A stretch of DNA of 64,000 bases from Prolixibacteraceae bacterium (GTDB lineage Bacteria; Bacteroidota; Bacteroidia; Bacteroidales; Prolixibacteraceae), in assembly GCA_037140615.1 (NCBI GenBank), contig JBAXED010000004.1:8485-72484 (forward strand). The letters are read 5' to 3'. Positions 62,169 through 64,000 of this stretch are shown one piece after another. Numbering within the stretch: the stretch's first letter is position 1; each line of letters starts with the position of its first letter. The position numbers and the translations under genes were made by a program. Below the pieces are notes generated by a model. The model did no database searches. It was not told where the DNA came from and worked only from the letters and a program-made list of their open reading frames with translations.

Positions 62169-62810
62169 TCAGAAAAATTTCCGGATAATATCCTCGATCA
62201 TGGCGTCTTCAATTGGATCATAATCACTCTTTAAATTTACGAGTAAGGCGTTGGCTGAAAGCTGCCATAAAAAAGCATCCATTCCACCACGATATTTTTT
62301 TATCAGGTCAAAAGGGGAACTACCTGTTTCGCGCTTAATTAATTTAACGAAAAGTTTTATTTGTCTAATATTTAATGACTTAAGAGTGTCTATGTATGTA
62401 TTAAAAGTGTGTTTTTGATACCATTTCAGGTATGCTTTTCTCTGATTTTTTGTTTGATAGATTGAATCGAGTTCAGCATTTACAAGCTTTACTTCGCTGG
62501 ATACTATCTGAGAAAGAGGGTAAGTACGCTTTACATCTTCATACAATTGGTAATACTTTCGTTCTTGCTGTTTATTTTTATAAATATATTCTGCCCTGAT
62601 TTCAATAGGAGGAAAGCTGAAATGCAGCATAGTATCCTGGCTTTCTTCATTTTTTAACTCAGCTTCTTTTTGAGCTTTTTCACGTTCTGATTGTAAAATA
62701 ATCCGGGAGGTTTGTGCACTAAGGTCAATACTTATGCAGGAGAGGATGAGAACTAAAAGTATCAAAATCCTTTTTCCAGAATGCAAGTTATTGGGGATAG
62801 GATGTGTCAT
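62169..62810 (-). CDS. secreted protein, DUF4294-like
   Basis: Signal peptide. The family assignment is from memory only (YLKWYQKH..., position downstream of mfd). Confidence 0.45.
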   Translation of the reverse strand: MTHPIPNNLHSGKRILILLVLILSCISIDLSAQTSRIILQSEREKAQKEAELKNEESQDTMLHFSFPPIEIRAEYIYKNKQQERKYYQLYEDVKRTYPLSQIVSSEVKLVNAELDSIYQTKNQRKAYLKWYQKHTFNTYIDTLKSLNIRQIKLFVKLIKRETGSSPFDLIKKYRGGMDAFLWQLSANALLVNLKSDYDPIEDAMIEDIIRKFF

Positions 62811-62813
62811 ATT

Positions 62814-64000
62814 TTACAATTCTCTATTTTGGACTAAATAGTGAGATACTTGGTGCAAGATCGTCAGAGCATCGCTAATGGTTTCTACATTTTCCAGAAT
62901 GACGGCTAGCTTTCCTTTGTTTTCCCTGACCTTGCATTGAGTAGGGTTCTTGGATATCCATTGCATCAACCCTGCAAATTCTTTCGAAAAGTAGTATTTT
63001 GATCTTTGATCCGAGGGGAGATAACAGAACATTTTCTTTTCCTTCACAATCAATTTTTCCATGTTTAAGGCAATAGCTTGCCATCGAAGTCTTACTACAT
63101 CCAATAATTCTTTGGCAGGCTTTGGAATTAGGCCAAAACGGTCGGCCAGGGTTTGCTCAAAGAGTTTGAGCGTATCTTCTCCTTTTAAATCATCTAATTC
63201 CCTGTAAAGCAAGACTCTTTCTGAAATGCTGCTCACATAAGTATCAGGAAACAGAAGTTCCAGATCTGTATCAATGGTACAATCCCGTATGAAGGATGTC
63301 TGAAGAAAAGCATTCTGCTGGTCTTTGATTTCCTGTTCTTCAAAAACACCCTGGAATTCATCATTTCTTAATTCTTCCATGGCTTCATTCAGGATGCGTT
63401 GATACGCTTCAAATCCAATATCAGCAATGAAACCGCTTTGTTCGCCTCCTAAGAGATTACCTGCTCCGCGGATATCAAGATCTTGCATAGCCAGACTGAA
63501 GCCACTTCCGATATCAGAAAATTCTTCAATTGCCTGCAACCGTCGCCGCGCTTCAGGAGTCATTGATTCAAGTGGTGGCGTCAACAGATAACAATAGGCC
63601 TTTTTGTTAGATCGTCCGACCCTTCCTCTTAGTTGATGAAGTTCGCTTAGACCAAAATTTTGAGCATTGTTGATTAGGATAGTATTGGTATTAGGTATAT
63701 CCAGACCTGATTCTATGATGGTTGTTGCAATCAGTACATCAAAATCCCCATTGATAAAATCAAACATGACCTTCTCTAGTTTGTCACCTTCCATTTGTCC
63801 GTGGCCTACTATGGTTCTTACACCTGGACAAAGCTTATGAATCAATCGCTCCAGTTCGTAAATGTTGTTTACGCGGTTGTTGATAAAAAAGACCTGACCT
63901 CCACGAGAAACTTCATAGGTAATGGCTTCTCGGATTACTTCTTCATCAAAAGAATGAACTTCAGTAGAAATGGGGTATCGGTTGGGTGGAGGGGTACTGA
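62814..64000 (-). CDS. mfd: transcription-repair coupling factor Mfd, C-terminal part (continues beyond the window)
   Basis: Hand translation stays open to nt 63998 (..PPPNRYPISTEVHSFDEEVIREAITYEVSRGGQVFFINNRVNNIYELERLIHKL..). Helicase motifs GHGQM, TTIIESGLDIPNTNT and QLRGRVGRS. Confidence 0.9.
   Translation of the reverse strand, partial: STPPPNRYPISTEVHSFDEEVIREAITYEVSRGGQVFFINNRVNNIYELERLIHKLCPGVRTIVGHGQMEGDKLEKVMFDFINGDFDVLIATTIIESGLDIPNTNTILINNAQNFGLSELHQLRGRVGRSNKKAYCYLLTPPLESMTPEARRRLQAIEEFSDIGSGFSLAMQDLDIRGAGNLLGGEQSGFIADIGFEAYQRILNEAMEELRNDEFQGVFEEQEIKDQQNAFLQTSFIRDCTIDTDLELLFPDTYVSSISERVLLYRELDDLKGEDTLKLFEQTLADRFGLIPKPAKELLDVVRLRWQAIALNMEKLIVKEKKMFCYLPSDQRSKYYFSKEFAGLMQWISKNPTQCKVRENKGKLAVILENVETISDALTILHQVSHYLVQNREL

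Overview
Low-GC chromosomal window (roughly 38-40% by eye) with Bacteroidota hallmarks: type III glutamine synthetase, DUF3127/DUF4294-type genes, a long NagB-LmbE fusion, TAnnTTTG -7 boxes and a TetR-TolC-MFP-RND operon. I call about 50 protein-coding genes. I recognised no rRNA, tRNA, CRISPR, transposase, integrase or phage genes. Most of the window is housekeeping (plsY, def, ruvX, tsaC, apbE, rlmB, ABC-F, mfd). There is also a nitrogen block (two amt, PII, TorF-like porin, two Lrp/AsnC regulators, GSIII) and a periplasmic sugar-oxidation-like block (two TAT-signal Gfo/Idh/MocA enzymes, DUF1080, HpcH aldolase). The outstanding feature is a ~14-kb single-strand locus (6361-20425). It encodes three multiheme c-type cytochromes with 61, 20 and 49 CxxCH motifs (130 total) built from c7-like triheme modules. 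With them are a 5-TM protein with two His-x13-His helices (candidate di-heme b), a membrane-anchored ferredoxin-like/FAD-NAD(P) oxidoreductase and a predicted outer-membrane beta-barrel. I read this as a candidate, apparently undescribed, quinone-independent trans-envelope electron conduit. Inside the locus are a perfect 2.09-copy 429-bp in-frame tandem duplication, patchy near-identity between the two giant paralogs, a 25-nt dual-coding gene overlap that creates the 20th heme motif of the upstream gene, and a shared ~80-bp upstream element. Separately, a G-run motif (AATAGGGGGTGTA-like) recurs upstream of nitrogen-assimilation genes. All calls come from reading the sequence and ORF translations and recalling family motifs; no database search was run.
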